Shown: positions 33,605 to 46,229 of the stretch, one piece after another | Layout: each line of letters begins with the position of its first letter | Numbering within the stretch: position 1 is the first letter of the stretch | Assembly: GCA_964187785.1 (NCBI GenBank) | Contig: OZ076418.1 | Coordinates: 9,982,001 to 10,046,000 of the forward strand | Direction of reading: 5' to 3' | Origin: Amphiscolops sp. MND2022 | Taxonomy: Eukaryota | DNA: 64,000 nucleotides | Position numbers and translations under genes: made by a program | The notes under the pieces: generated by a model | Seen by the model: the letters and a program-made list of their open reading frames with translations, nothing else | Database searches by the model: none | Told to the model about the DNA's origin: nothing

Positions 33605-36600
33605 TCAAGGACCACTGGGGGTTCTGTCCACGATGGATTCAGCTAGCGGTAGCTTTCTGAGTTTAATTACAGGTCGATTAAAGGTTTTCTTTGATGTTTG
33701 GATCTCTGCTACCCTCGGAATTTCATCATTTCCTTTAAATAGTTTCGAGACTCTGGCACATTTCCACACAAGTGGGGCTTCGTTATCTTCAGCAACCAGT
33801 ACAAGGTCGCCCACGTTTATACAAGGTCCAGCACGAAACCATTTCTACCGTATTTGAAGTTCCACAAAGTAGTCTCTGCTCCAAGACTTCCAGAAATCTT
33901 GTTGAATTCGTTGAAGGAGTTTTAGTCTCTGTCCTGCGGGTACATCTATGTCTTCTCTGGCTAATAAAAGTAGCGAGTCTCCAATGATGAAGTGTGCGGG
34001 CGTTATAGCTCGGCAGTCATTGGGGTCATCGGACATTGGAAAGAGTGGCCTTGAGTTTAAGATTGCTTCAATTTGCTGGACAATTGTCAGGAGTTCTTCA
34101 TATTTCAAAGTTTGAAGTCTGAGAATGCGTCTTAGATGTCTCTTCATACTCTTTACGGTGGCTTCCCATATACCACCGAAGTGTGGTGCTCGAGAGGGAA
34201 TCGTAACCCATTCAGTGCCTTGACCTGTTAAGTGTCTCAGGAATTGTTTGCCTTCAACGGTCTCTTTGTTAAGAAGTGCTTGAATTCGTAGGAAGTCATT
34301 TCTGGCCCCAATGAAGTTGCTTCCATTGTCTGTTATAATCTTCTTGGGGGCTCCTCTTCTTGATGTGAAGCGTTTGAGAGCCATTATGCAGTCCTCCTTG
34401 GATAGGCTTGAAACTAATTCCAAATGAATGGTTTTCGTGACTAGGCAAATGAATACAGCGATATAGATCTTGGGATTTTTCTTGTCCTTGACATTGAAAG
34501 GTCCAGCGAAATCTATTCCGCAGGTAGAAAACGCCCTAGCTGGGGTCACGCGTTCGCTAGGTAGTTCAGCCATTAGTTGAGGAGTAGACTTTGATTGAAA
34601 ACGGAAACATTTGACACAATTCTTGATGAAATTATTTACCGTTTTTCTTCCTTTCACCAGCCAGAATTGTTCTCTCATTGTAATGAGAGTTAGTATGCCT
34701 CCCCATGAAGTGTAACTTCATGGTAATGACGAATTAGAAGCTCCTTTAGAGATGAATCCTTGGCAATCAGATAGGGAAACTTCTTGTCTTCATGCAAACT
34801 TGATTGTGCGAGACGACCTCCGACACGAATGACATCAAGTTCTTTGTCATGAAAGGGTGACAGATTGAGGAGAGGGGATTTTCGTGTCAATTCAGCTTGC
34901 CTTCGCAGAATTGCGTACTCATCTGGGAACGTTTGTATCTGATCTTGTCTTATGATCTTTGCTCTTGCAATTCTACGAATTTCGGTTTCCGCTAGTTGTG
35001 GAGTATGACAGTCGATTCTTATTCTCAGCACATTGATGAATCGTATGACGTTGCTGACGACGTTGATGAGCTTATTGAAGCTGCTGAATTTTTCAGTCGG
35101 CAGAACTTGAGTACTTGAATTGAGTCTTTGACTGCTTGTGAGTGACGTAGCTTCTACAGGAGTAAATGTTCTGTTTTTGGCCTTGGAAGTTTCCTTCAGC
35201 TCACGTTTCTCTGGTAACACAGATGAGGATTGTACATCAAGTTGAGGCCAATAAGATTTTGGGTGTGGTAGCCATTCAGGGCCAGACCACCAAAGGCGAG
35301 AGTTAACGGTATCTTCAACTGAGAGTCCCCTTGAGGCCAGATCCGCTGGGTTGTCATTTGTTGGAACATGATTCCAGCTATCTCTTTTGATAATTTCTTG
35401 TATGTAGGAAACTGTGTTCGCTACAAATGTGGTCCAAGTTCGCGGGAGTTGCGATAACCACTGGAGAGTGTTGGTGGAGTCTGTCCATGCGTGGAAAGAT
35501 TGTTCAAGACCAGTTATCTGAAGAGTTGACATGGTAGCTTCAAGCAGTTTTGCGGCTAAGTGTGCACCACAAAGCTCAAGACGAGGCATTGAGACAACCT
35601 TCACTGGGGCAACCTTCGTTTCTCACATTTCCAAAGACATCAGTGGTACGAGCATAGATGACGGCAGCATATGCCTTCTCTGAGGCATCGCAGAAAACAT
35701 GGAGTTGTAAGTCTTGAATTGCATTTTTTACAATTGCACGCGGCATTGTGATGTGAGACAACTTTTTCAGCTCCGAATAGTGCTGTAAAAACTGCTGCTT
35801 GATCGGTTCGGGAACGAGCTCGTCCCACTTGACTCCAGTCAACCAAATTTGTTGAAGTAGGATTTTGAACACGATGATGATGGGAGACAGCCAACCCATT
35901 GGATCGTACAATTTTGCTGTAGCTGACAATAGACTGCGTTTGGTGAGTACTGTCACAGGAGGTAGGTCCGTTTTGAAGCATATGATGTCCAGGTTTGGTT
36001 TCCAAACGATTCCTAGAGCCTTTATTTTGTAGTCGTCTGACAAGATTTCACATTCGTTAGCTGTTTCTCGCAGCTCATCGGGTAGTTCCTTGATCAATGT
36101 AGAGCAGCTTGATACCCATTTACGCAGTGGGAATCCATATTTGCGGAGTTCGGACTGAAGGTCTGCAATCAATTTCCGTGCATCTTCAACAGAATTGGCT
36201 CCGCCAAGAAAATCATCCACATAGAAGGAGTGCTCCAAATGATGTTGGACATTTGGGTTGCAAGTTCGCTTGGAAACTTCTTTCAGACATCTTGTGGAAA
36301 GGAAGGATGATGATGCAATGCCGTATGTCACTCTTGTCATACGAAAAATACGCACAGGTACGTCCTTTCTTTCACGCCAAATGATCCGATGAAAATCCTT
36401 GTCTGGTACGTCTAAAGCAACCTGTCTGTACATTTTCTCTATATCAGCTGACAAAGCAACAGGTACCACTCGAAAGCGCATAATGATGGAATAAAGATCG
36501 TCTTGTACTGTTGGACCAACCATGAGAGTGTCATTTAAAGACTTTCCAGTGGAAGTCTTTGCAGATCCATCGAAGACAACACGAAGTTTTGTAGGGGTCG

Positions 36601-38467
36601 AATCGTCTTTGAATACGCAATGGTGGGGTAGATAGAAGCTTTTGCTGTCCTCGCTGCGTGTCTCGTTCGCTGGAACTTCCTCCATATGCCCAGTTTCCAC
36701 AAATTGATCGATGAAGGACTTGTAGCGCGATTTGAGCTCCGGATCTGAGTCTAGACGTTTTTCAAGTGAGTTGAACCTTCTGTTTGCTTGATCTAAACTT
36801 TCTCCCAACTGACAATCTTGCTTGAAGGGTAATTTTACAGTAAAACGGTTGTCTTGATCTTTTGTCGTGTTAACAAAATGTTGCTCACAGGCTTCTTCTT
36901 CCTTGGAGAATTGACGACCCTTTGGAATTTCCTCCAACTCCCAAAATTGCTTTAAATCAAAGTCGACTGATGATTGGAAGGAACTAACGGTTGTCACTGA
37001 TTTGCCAGGTTTCGATCCACAAATTGTCTACCCGAATACTGTTTTGCGTGCGTAGATACCATCACACACTTTGGTTCTTTCGTTTCCAATGACTTGTTCA
37101 TAAAGATCAATTCCGATGATGATATCAATATTAGAAGGTTTTGCAAAGTTTGGATCAGAAAGCTTGATTTTTGGAAACTTGATTAGCTCTGGTACTTTCA
37201 GCGGACTGGATGGAATAGCAGCTGTCAGTCTTGGTAAAATGAATGCTGAAACATCGTAGGAGATGGAATTTTCATAAACAATTGTCAGATCAGTCTTACC
37301 TTGGGTAGTTGATTTTGATGAACATCCAATGCCATTGATAATTATCTCGGATTTGAGTCGTTTCAGCTGCAATCGTTGTACTTATTCCTCACTAATAAAT
37401 GTCAATTCCGATCCACTATCCAGAAGTGCTCGACACTTGTGAGCAATACCAGTTTTCGACATGACTGACACTTCCACTGTAGGTAAGATGTGTTTCGCAG
37501 AAAATATCCCCTCGTGACCCAAATGCGAATTGCTTGACGAGGCTGAGGCTTCAAGTGCTCGGGCTCTATCTTCAAGAAACTGCTTTAAGCTGTCCATGCT
37601 CTGAGCATCGTCGCCCTTGCTGTGAAGTTCCCATTGTCTGCAGTTCTGGGTGTCCAACTTTTTTGCTATGATGTGAACCCAGATGAAGTCTGATGGTCCG
37701 ACATCTAATCCCATTCCTTGTAGGGCCATCGTGTTTTCCATGAAATTGCTAATCAATTTCCGCATCTGATCAGGCGATTCTTCTTTGATCGGACGAAAAT
37801 CAAAGATGGCTTCTAGATGAGTGTGAATTATCATTCGTTTGTTCGCATACCTGTCTTGGAGAAGTTTTTTGGCAACTTCGTAATTCGCACTGGAAGTAGG
37901 TAAATGCGATAGAAGACGAGCAGGCTCATCTTTCACCGAAGACTTGAGATAGTGGAGTTTCTGAATGTTGCTAAGCGTACGATTGCTGTCCACAGTGCTG
38001 TTGAATGTGTCTGAGAATGGTGTCCACTCAGAGTATTTCCCAGTAAATGTAGGAAGACTGAGTTTCGGCAGTTTCAATCCAGAAGTGGATGTTTGTTGAC
38101 TATCTTCAGTCACAGTCTGTAGTTGTCTCGGGGCGGCGTCAGCAGCCTGTTCGATCCGTTCTTCGGCCATTTCCAGCGCTTTGATCGTTGTTTTGATCCT
38201 GAGATCATTATCATCAATACTAGACCTTTCAGCTTCGATCTCTTCCGAGATTGTGTCACCTTCAGTCAATTCGTTGATGATGCGTTCGTTTAGTTCTTTA
38301 ATCTTGGACACTTGTTCCCTGCACCTTTCAAGAGAACACTTGATCTCTGAGATTTCCAGCAGCGTTAGTGTGCTAGATTCCTTCTCAACGATTTCTTTCA
38401 CTGAGTTTTCTGTCCTGGTAATTGTTCCGAGATGGCCAGATCTCGTTCTTTTCAAAGCTTCAGCCAT
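33605..38467 (-). pseudogene. BEL/Pao gag-pol pseudogene
   Basis: Broken by in-frame stops at ~37382, ~37028 and ~33845 and frameshifts at ~35600 and ~34690. Confidence 0.9.
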
Positions 38468-38544
38468 TTCAAAATTAATAATCCTTCTGTTTAATAGATT
38501 GAATTTCCAAGTTTCGAAATTCCTGGGTAAGCGCGGCACCAAAA

Positions 38545-38787
38545 TGTTGTTGTTTGAAGAGTTGTTTTTATGAAATGATTGAATTAAATTTGATAATGAC
38601 AAGACAGTTTTTATTCAGTGAGAAGAGTAGAACAAACTTGACTCTTGAAATAAAATGGGAAAGTGTGAATAAACGTGGCAGAAAATCAACAGCTCAAACC
38701 TATTCATACGTAATTTCATGTGTTGAATTCTGATTGGTTGATTCAAAAGTTAGCATCACAAACGAATATTTTTAGAAAGCATCAACA
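38545..38787 (-). repeat. BEL/Pao 5' LTR
   Basis: TG...CA; followed on the minus strand by TTT and PBS TGGTGCCGCG (tRNA-His-like, inferred). Confidence 0.92.
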
Positions 38788-40129
38788 GACTTCTGTTAAC
38801 GGCAACCAATTATCGAAAATTAGTTACGGAAATAATGACGGAGTGATTGTTCCAACGCTGCCACTAACGGTTACAATTAATGGACCACATAACTGACCAT
38901 AGGAAAGCTCTTTCTGAAAGCCTCGAACAACAGATGTTCCTATTAATCAATGAGCAATACCGCAGTGCGCACACCACCGGAAAAATCGAACTACAAAATA
39001 ACGTTTCAACTCAATGTGTCGTATTTTTATCGTGTTTACAATTGTTTCAATTAATTGCAATCAACGCAATAGTAGTATTATGGATTCGTTCTTCCGCTGT
39101 TAGACGTCAGGAACGGGGAGAAACTCCGCAGTCAATAGATGCTGTGGATACCGCTATAATTTCCAAGTGTCACTGACAAGTTCATCATAGTTTTGTTTAC
39201 AGCTAGTTGATTGTTGGAAAAACAGTATCGATGTTCGAACATTCACTGGAACGTTTTCAACGTTTTTAAAACAGTTTCCGACAAACATGTGTGACGATGA
39301 AAATCCTCCGCGCCACAATTCAACAAGCGGTGGAAAGGACTACTATCTATCAATTCATGAAATGCTGGCTACAGGGTTTTCAACTAATTGCCATTCAAGG
39401 ATTGAGAATTGAAAAGATCACATTTTAAGGAATTGGAAATGCTGTCAATTCCTTCGTCGAAGAATTGGAATTGTCAACAGAATTTACACGAACAATTGAG
39501 ATATTTATGGTCGCCAGAATATGGCTTCTACACAGTTTCATAGTAAATCCAGTCCCATTCTATCAAGTATTTATTTTCTTGAGCTAGAAGTCACAGCATG
39601 TAAATCTACTTTTTATCGAGATTTCTGCTTTCAATAAGTGTATTGACAACTCATGAAATATCTCTTCTTTGCTTTGGAGCCAAAAAATTGATGACTACTT
39701 CACTGTAAACGTTTGTATCAATCTTTGTTGACTTTCATCAAAAATCAGTTCACTTCTAAGAACAAAACAACGTTTTGGAAATCAAGAGGTTATGGAAAAC
39801 TGTCACGCTTCTTGCAACAAAAATAACTAAGACTTCTTTGCCGAAGAAGTTGGATGTTTGTGCGCTCTGAGACCAACAACGTAGACTGTTGCGCAACTTT
39901 TGCTGAACAGTGATGACCACTAGATATTGAAGTGGGACGAAAATGGATTTGCCATGGACTAGCAGTGGAGTCACAGTGGAGTGCCAGTGAGGGTTCAGCG
40001 TGGCTACGACGTTTTTTTTGAGGGGTGGGCGGAAATAGGTCGAAGGAACGGAATCGAAAATCAGAGTTAGTCCTCAGGTCGACATACCAAAATTTTGAAT
40101 GGGATCGAAACAAATCGGATCGAAATTTT

Positions 40130-40359
40130 TCTAACGTAGTCAGATATGTTCACATACCCCTAGTGCCCTGAATGCAGGAGTGAAGCGACGTGCCATATGG
40201 CCATTCCTCAATGTTGCTACTTGGCGAAGGGAGCGAAGCGACCGAGCCATACAACAAATACGATAAAATTCGACCGCATTCGATTCGATCCCTGCAATTC
40301 GATCAAAAGGTTCGACCTCTGTCCTTTCGACCAGAAAAATTCGACCTATTTACAGCCAC
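40130..40359 (+). repeat. interspersed repeat with ACGTAGTCAG end (copies 43075-43303, 45322-45561, inverted 14460-14605)
   Basis: AACGTAGTCAG..TTCACATACCCCTAGTGCCCTGAATGCAGGAG.GAAGCG..GGCGAAGGGAGCGAAGCGACCGAGCC. Confidence 0.8.
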
Positions 40360-40719
40360 CTTTTTTTGAGCAGTGTCAGTTTGCAGCAGAAGTTAACAGT
40401 CCTCGAGGAAGCAATTTTGCGAGTGTTACAAGTAACTCTGAATACTTGAACTCAAACTCCTCTTTTCTTCTCTTTCTTTTTTGGTGCTCTTATTTATAGC
40501 TGCTGTTTTTGCTAGTCTGAGTCAAGTTAGAGTGGAGATGAGTTGAGAGACAACACATAGCAAGATTTCAAAGTAAGAAATTTTGGGGGATTTAAGATCC
40601 AGTTAGTAAGACCGTCTGAGAAAAATTTCACTAGTTCATAATTTACTGACAGCTAGTTTGATTCCTTTTTTGAGGATGCTTTGCCCTTGAAATTTATGTA
40701 TTCCACACATAACTGCTGT

Positions 40720-42314
40720 AGCTAACTGAATTGGTTCAATGTTTAGATAAGAAGACGTTAAGTCTTATGAAGTGCCTAAAACCGAATGGCACTGCAGCTT
40801 GGCGTGAACTCCAAAATTATTTTAAGAGCAAAGAAAGACCGCGCATTCACCAACTTTTGAACAAGTTGACAAACTTGAAACTCGATTCAAGTGAGAGTAT
40901 TCGTGACTACTTAATCAGAGCTGAGGAACTTCAGCTAAATTTGAGCGAAGTGAACAAAAACGTAAGTGACCAAATGCTTTGTTCGGTAGTTTTGAAAGGC
41001 CTTCCACTACAGTTCGCGAACTTTGTCACTGTTTTCAAGTTTTCGCACGAGCTAAAGTCTTTCCTAGATTTAAAGAGAGACTTACTCAATTTTGATAGCG
41101 AGAGCAACCTGAAAGGTACGGATCAAGGTTCTAGTTCACATTTGAGTAAAGATGTGAAGTGTTTCAAATGCGGCAAGTTCGGTCATAAGCAAGCGCAATG
41201 TCGGTCGAAAACTGTTGCGATCGTTTGTTACGAATGTGGTGAGAAAGGTCACAAGGCTAATGCGTGTCCCAAAGCTCAAAAGAAGCCATTTGATAAGCGT
41301 AATAAGGAAACACAAAAAAACGTTCTTTACGAAACGGAACGAAGGCAACTTGACAACTGAACCCAACGATACGGACGGATTTTCTTTTCACGCATCCGAT
41401 AAGCGGGTAGACGACTCTCACTTCGATCTTTTGATAGACAGTGGCTGCACAAGTCACATGATAAAAGACATAGAAGTCAGTTATCTATTCAGTTATCTAG
41501 AAACGTCCCAGAAAAGAAAAGTATCTTGTGCCAACGGCACTGAGTCCGTCGTTGAAGGTAGAGGTAAATAAGAGTTTTTCGCCAAAAACAGTCGCGGAAC
41601 ATTACAAAAAGTGGCTCTCGAAAATGCTCAGCATGTCCCCCAGTATTCGAAAATCTTAATCTCAATCAAAAGACTGAACGTCGCGGAGGCGAAAGTAATA
41701 TTTGATGAGAACCCCAGGATTGAGATTGAAAATAATTGTTTTTCTTTAGAAAGTCGGAACAATCTGTTCTTTTTGCGCGCTACAAAATCCGAAGTAAGCA
41801 AATTTCAAACTATCAGTCTGTTTCGATAGTTTACGAATGTCTATTTTATTGTTTTGGTCTAAACGTTCATGCCATAACTGCAATGTATCTTCAGCAGTGA
41901 AGCTTGTCCTTCAAAGGGCAGTAAAGAAGAAAAAGAAATGAGGTGTTGTAACTACAGAGGTTTAATTGGTAGTCTCAACTACTTAGCCAACACTTCAAGG
42001 CCAGACATAACTTTTGTCGTAAGATCTCTGAGTAGGTTTGTTCAAAATCCTGGACGGCAGCATTGGAATCAAGCTAAGCACGTTCTGCGATATTTGAAGG
42101 CTACGAGGAATAGAAAGTTGATTTACGAAAAAGCCGACCAAATGAGAATTATAGGCTAAAGCGATGGGCAGGTAAAATAGATTCAAGAAAATCAACTAGT
42201 GGCTACTGTTTTTTTCTAAACGAGATTTCAGGTGCTATTAGTTGGCACTCAAAGCTGCAATCAACAGTAGCAACGTCTACTGCCGAAGCTGAAGCTGCTG
42301 CTCTTTTTGCAGCA
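40720..42314 (+). mobile_element. internally deleted Ty1/Copia relic (copy 1)
   Basis: Gag (LVQCLDKK..RAEEL..VLKGLP), two CCHC knuckles, protease LIDSGCTSHM, RT end YRGLIGSLNYL..TSRPDI, RNase H start DSRKSTSGY..STAEAE. Integrase and most of RT absent. Confidence 0.88.
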
Positions 42315-43664
42315 ACAGGGTTTTCAACTAATTGACATTTCAAGGATTGAGAATTGAAAAGATCACATTTTAAGGAATTGGAATTGCTGTCAATTCCTTC
42401 GTCGAAGAATTGGAATTGTCAACAGAATTTACACGAACAATTGAGATATTTATGGTCGCCAGAAAATGGCTTCTACACATTTTCATAGTAAATCCAGTCC
42501 CATACTATCAAGTATTTATTTTCTTGAGCAAGAAGTCAAAGCATGTATATCTACTTTTTATCGAGAGTTCTGCTTTCAATAAGTGTATTGACAACTCATG
42601 AAATATCTCTTCTTTGCTTTGGCGCCAAAAAATTGATGACTACTTCACTGTAAACTTTTGTATCAATCTTTGTTGACTTTCATCAAAAATCAGTTCACTT
42701 CTAAGAACAAAACAACGTTTTGGAAATCAAGAGGTTATGGAAAACTGTCACGCTTCTTGCAACAAAAATAACTAAGACTTCTTTGCCGAAGAAGTTGGAT
42801 GTTTGTGCGCTCTGAGACCAACAACGTAGACTGTTGCGCAACTTTTGCTGAACAGTGATGACCACTAGATATTGAAGTGGGACGAAGATGGATTTGCCAT
42901 GGACTAGCAGTGGAGTCACAGTGGAGTGCCAGTGAGGTTTCAGCGTGGCTACGACGTTTTTTTGAGGGGTGGGCAGAAATAGGTCGAAGGAACTGAATCG
43001 AAAATCAGAGTTAGTTCTCAGTTCGACATACCAAACATTTGAATGGGATCGAAACAAATCGGATCGAAATTTTTCTAACGTAGTCAGATATGTTCACATA
43101 CCCCTAGTGCCCTGAATGCAGGAGTGAAGCGACGTGCCATATGGCCATTCCTCAATGTTGCTACTTGGCGAAGGGAGCGAAGCGACCGAGCCATACAACA
43201 AATACGATAAAATTCGACCGCATTCGATTCGATCCCTGCAATTCGATCAAAAGGTTCGACCTCTGTCCTTTCGACCAGAAAAATTCGACCTATTTACAGC
43301 CACCCTTTTTTGAGCAGTGTCAGTTTGCAGCAGAAGTTAACAGTCCTCGAGGAGGCAATTTTGCGAGTGTTACAAGTAACTCTGAAAACTTGAACTCAAA
43401 CTCCTCTTTTCTTCTCTTTCTTTTTTGGTGCTCTTATTTATAGCTGCTGTTTTTGCTAGTCTGAGTCAAGTTAGAGTGGAGATGAGTTGAGAGACAACAC
43501 ATAGCAAGTTTTCAAAGTAAGAAATTTTGGGGGGATTTAAGATCCAGTTAGTGAGACCGTCTGAGAAAAATTTCCTTAGTTCATAATTTACTGACAGCCA
43601 GTTTGATTCCATTTTTGAGGATGCTTTGCCCTTGAAAATTATGTATTCCACACATAACTGCTGT

Positions 43665-45320
43665 AGCTAACTGAATTGGTTCAATGTTTAGATAAGAAGA
43701 CGTTAAGTCTTATAAAGTGCCTAAAACCGAATGGCACTGCAGCTTGGCGTGAACTCCAAAATTATTTTAAGAGCAAAGAAAGACCGCGCATTCACCAACT
43801 TTTGAACAAGTTGACAAACTTGAAACTCGATTCAAGTGAGAGTATTCGTGACTACTTAATCAGAGCTGAGGAACTTCAGCTAAATTTGAGCGAAGTGAAC
43901 AAAAACGTAAGTGACCAAATGCTTTGTTCGGTAGTTTTGAAAGGCCTTCCACTACAGTTCGCGAACTTTGTCACTGTTTTCAAGTTTTCGCACGAGCTAA
44001 AGTCTTTCCTAGATTTAAAGAGAGACTTACTCAATTTTGATAGCGAGAGCAACCTGAAAGGTACGGATCAAGGTTCTAGTTCACATTTGAGTAAAGATGT
44101 GAAGTGTTTCAAATGCGGCAAGTTCGGTCATAAGCAAGCGCAATGTCGGTCGAAAACTGTTGCGATTGTTTCTTACGAAAGTGGTGAGAAAGGTCACAAG
44201 GCTAATGCGTGTCCCAAAGCTCAAAAGAAGCCATTTGATAAGCGTAATAAGGAAACACAAAAAAACGTTCTTTACGAAACGGAACGAAGGCAACTTGACA
44301 ACTGAACTCAACGATACGGACGGATTTTCTTTTCACGCATCCGATAAGCGGGTAGACGACTCTCACTTCGATCTTTTGATAGACAGTGGCTGCACAAGTC
44401 ACATGATAAAAGACATAGAATTCAGTTATCTATTCAGTTATCTAGAAACGTCCCAGAACAGAAAAGTATCTTGTGCCAACGGCACTGAGTCCGTCGTTGA
44501 AGGTAGAGGTAAATAAGAGTTTTTCGCCAAAAACAGTCGCGGAACATTACAAAAAGTGGCTCTCGAAAATGCTCAGCATGTCCCCCAGTATTCGAAAATC
44601 TTAATCTCAATCAAAAGACTGAACGTCGCGGAGGCGAAAGTAATATTTGATGAGAACCCCAGGATTGATATTGAAAATGATTGTTTTTCTTTAGAAAGTC
44701 GGAACAATCTGTTCTTTTTGCGCGCTACAAAATCCGAAGTAAGCAAATTTTAAACTATCAGTCTGTTTCGATAGTTTACGAATGTCTATTTTATTGTTAT
44801 GGTCTAAACGTTCATGCCATAACTGCAATGTATCTTCAGCAGTGATGCTTGTCCTTCAAAGGGCAGTAAAGAAGAAAAAGAAATGAGGTGTTGTAACTAC
44901 AGAGGTTTAATTGGTAGTCTCAACTACTTAGCCAACACTTCAAGGCCATACATAACTTTTGTCGTTGGATCTCTGAATAGGTTTGTTCAAAATCCTGGAC
45001 GGCAGCATTGGAATCAAGCTAAGCACGTTCTGCGATATTTGAAGGCTACGAACAATAGAAAGTTGATTTACGAAAAAGCCGACCAAATGAGAATTATAGG
45101 CTAAATCGATGGGCAGGTAAAATAGATTCAAGAAAATCAACTAGTGGCTACTGTTTTTTTCTAAACGAGACTTCAGGTGCTATTAGTTGGCACTCAAAGC
45201 TGCAATCAACAGTAGCAACGTCTACTGCCGAAGCTGAAGCTGCTGCTCTTTTTGCAGCAACACAAGAATTGGTTTTTTTGAGAGAGCTAGGTGCAGAGCT
45301 TGGTATGAGCAAATCATTTT
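43665..45320 (+). mobile_element. internally deleted Ty1/Copia relic (copy 2, RNase H runs further)
   Basis: As copy 1, continuing ATQELVFLRELGAELG before interruption at ~45322. Confidence 0.88.
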
Positions 45321-45681
45321 TATGACGTAGTCAGGTTTGTTCACATACCCTTAGTGCCCTGAATGCAGGAGCGAAGCGAAGCGGAGCGACGTGCCACATG
45401 GCCATGCTTCAATGTTGCTACTTGGCGAAGGGAGCGAAGCGACCGAGCCATACAACAAAGACGATAAAAGTCGACCGCATTCCATTCGATCCCTGCAATT
45501 CGATCAAAAGGTTCGACCTCTGTCCTTTCGACCAGAAAAATTCGACCTAATTACAGCCACCCCTACCCTGCATTCGAGTTTGAAGTGTCAAGGTTTGCCA
45601 TTCGACTCGCAAGGCGGGAACAATCAAATGATGAGCCACGACCCCTAAGGTTCAAGTACCTGCCAGATGACATCGCACACA

Positions 45682-46224
45682 CGGTTACCAGTCACTTGGC
45701 TTAATACCATTTGGCCCTAATTTTTTCGTCGAGTCATTTGGCTTAAAAATTTTAAGCCAAGTACTACAAAATTAAGCCAACTCCATTCCAACTCAAGTAA
45801 TAAATTTGTGAATTCCCGGAAATATCATAATTTGGGGCATATGCGGTGTATGCACGCTCGCCCTCAGCGTCGTAAAGACCAGCTCCCACTACGATCGCCT
45901 CGCGATCTTCGTTCCCGCTAGGTCTTTGCTCCTGTTCGACCTCGCTTAGCAAGATGGGAATATAAGCGGCCCCAAGGGGCCGCAGGGCACTAGCGGAAAT
46001 GGGGACATATTCGAGGGGTACTTGATATGACATGTTATAATAATACGCTGACTACGTTATAAAGATAAATTTGTGTTTTCAACTAAGTGGTTTTAAGTCA
46101 AATGACTTTAAGCCAAGTGACCAATACCCGAGACACTTAGCTTAAAAAATTAAGCCAAGTGACCAATTGTATTAAGCCAAATGTCTTTAAGCCAAACGGC
46201 ATTAAGCCAAGTGACCATTTACCG
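45682..46224. mobile_element. TIR/foldback element with TTAAGCCAA subrepeats and CACACA flanks; carries a nested insert 45811-46064
   Basis: TIRs CGGTTACCAGTCACTTGGCTTAAT / CGGTAAATGGTCACTTGGCTTAAT. The insert is flanked by 11-bp direct repeat ATAAATTTGTG (45800-45810, 46065-46075). Confidence 0.7.
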
Positions 46225-46229
46225 CACAC

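Larger units (their letters stand above)
32841..38787 (-). mobile_element. full-length but inactivated BEL/Pao LTR retrotransposon
   Basis: LTRs 32841-33079 and 38545-38787 (TG..CA), TSD GACTT on both sides, PBS TGGTGCCG next to the 5' LTR. Gag DUF1759 (LPTFTGKYSEW), protease (ALLDSGSELTF), RT (ADIEKMYRQV, YVDDFLGG), RNase H (FCDASEKAY), integrase (GIDFAGP, TDNGSNF, WEATVKS), DUF5641. Confidence 0.95.
39371..45259. repeat. direct tandem duplication of ~2.94 kb (39371-42314 and 42315-45259)
   Basis: Colinear copies with scattered substitutions and 1-bp indels; ACA microhomology at the junction. Confidence 0.92.
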
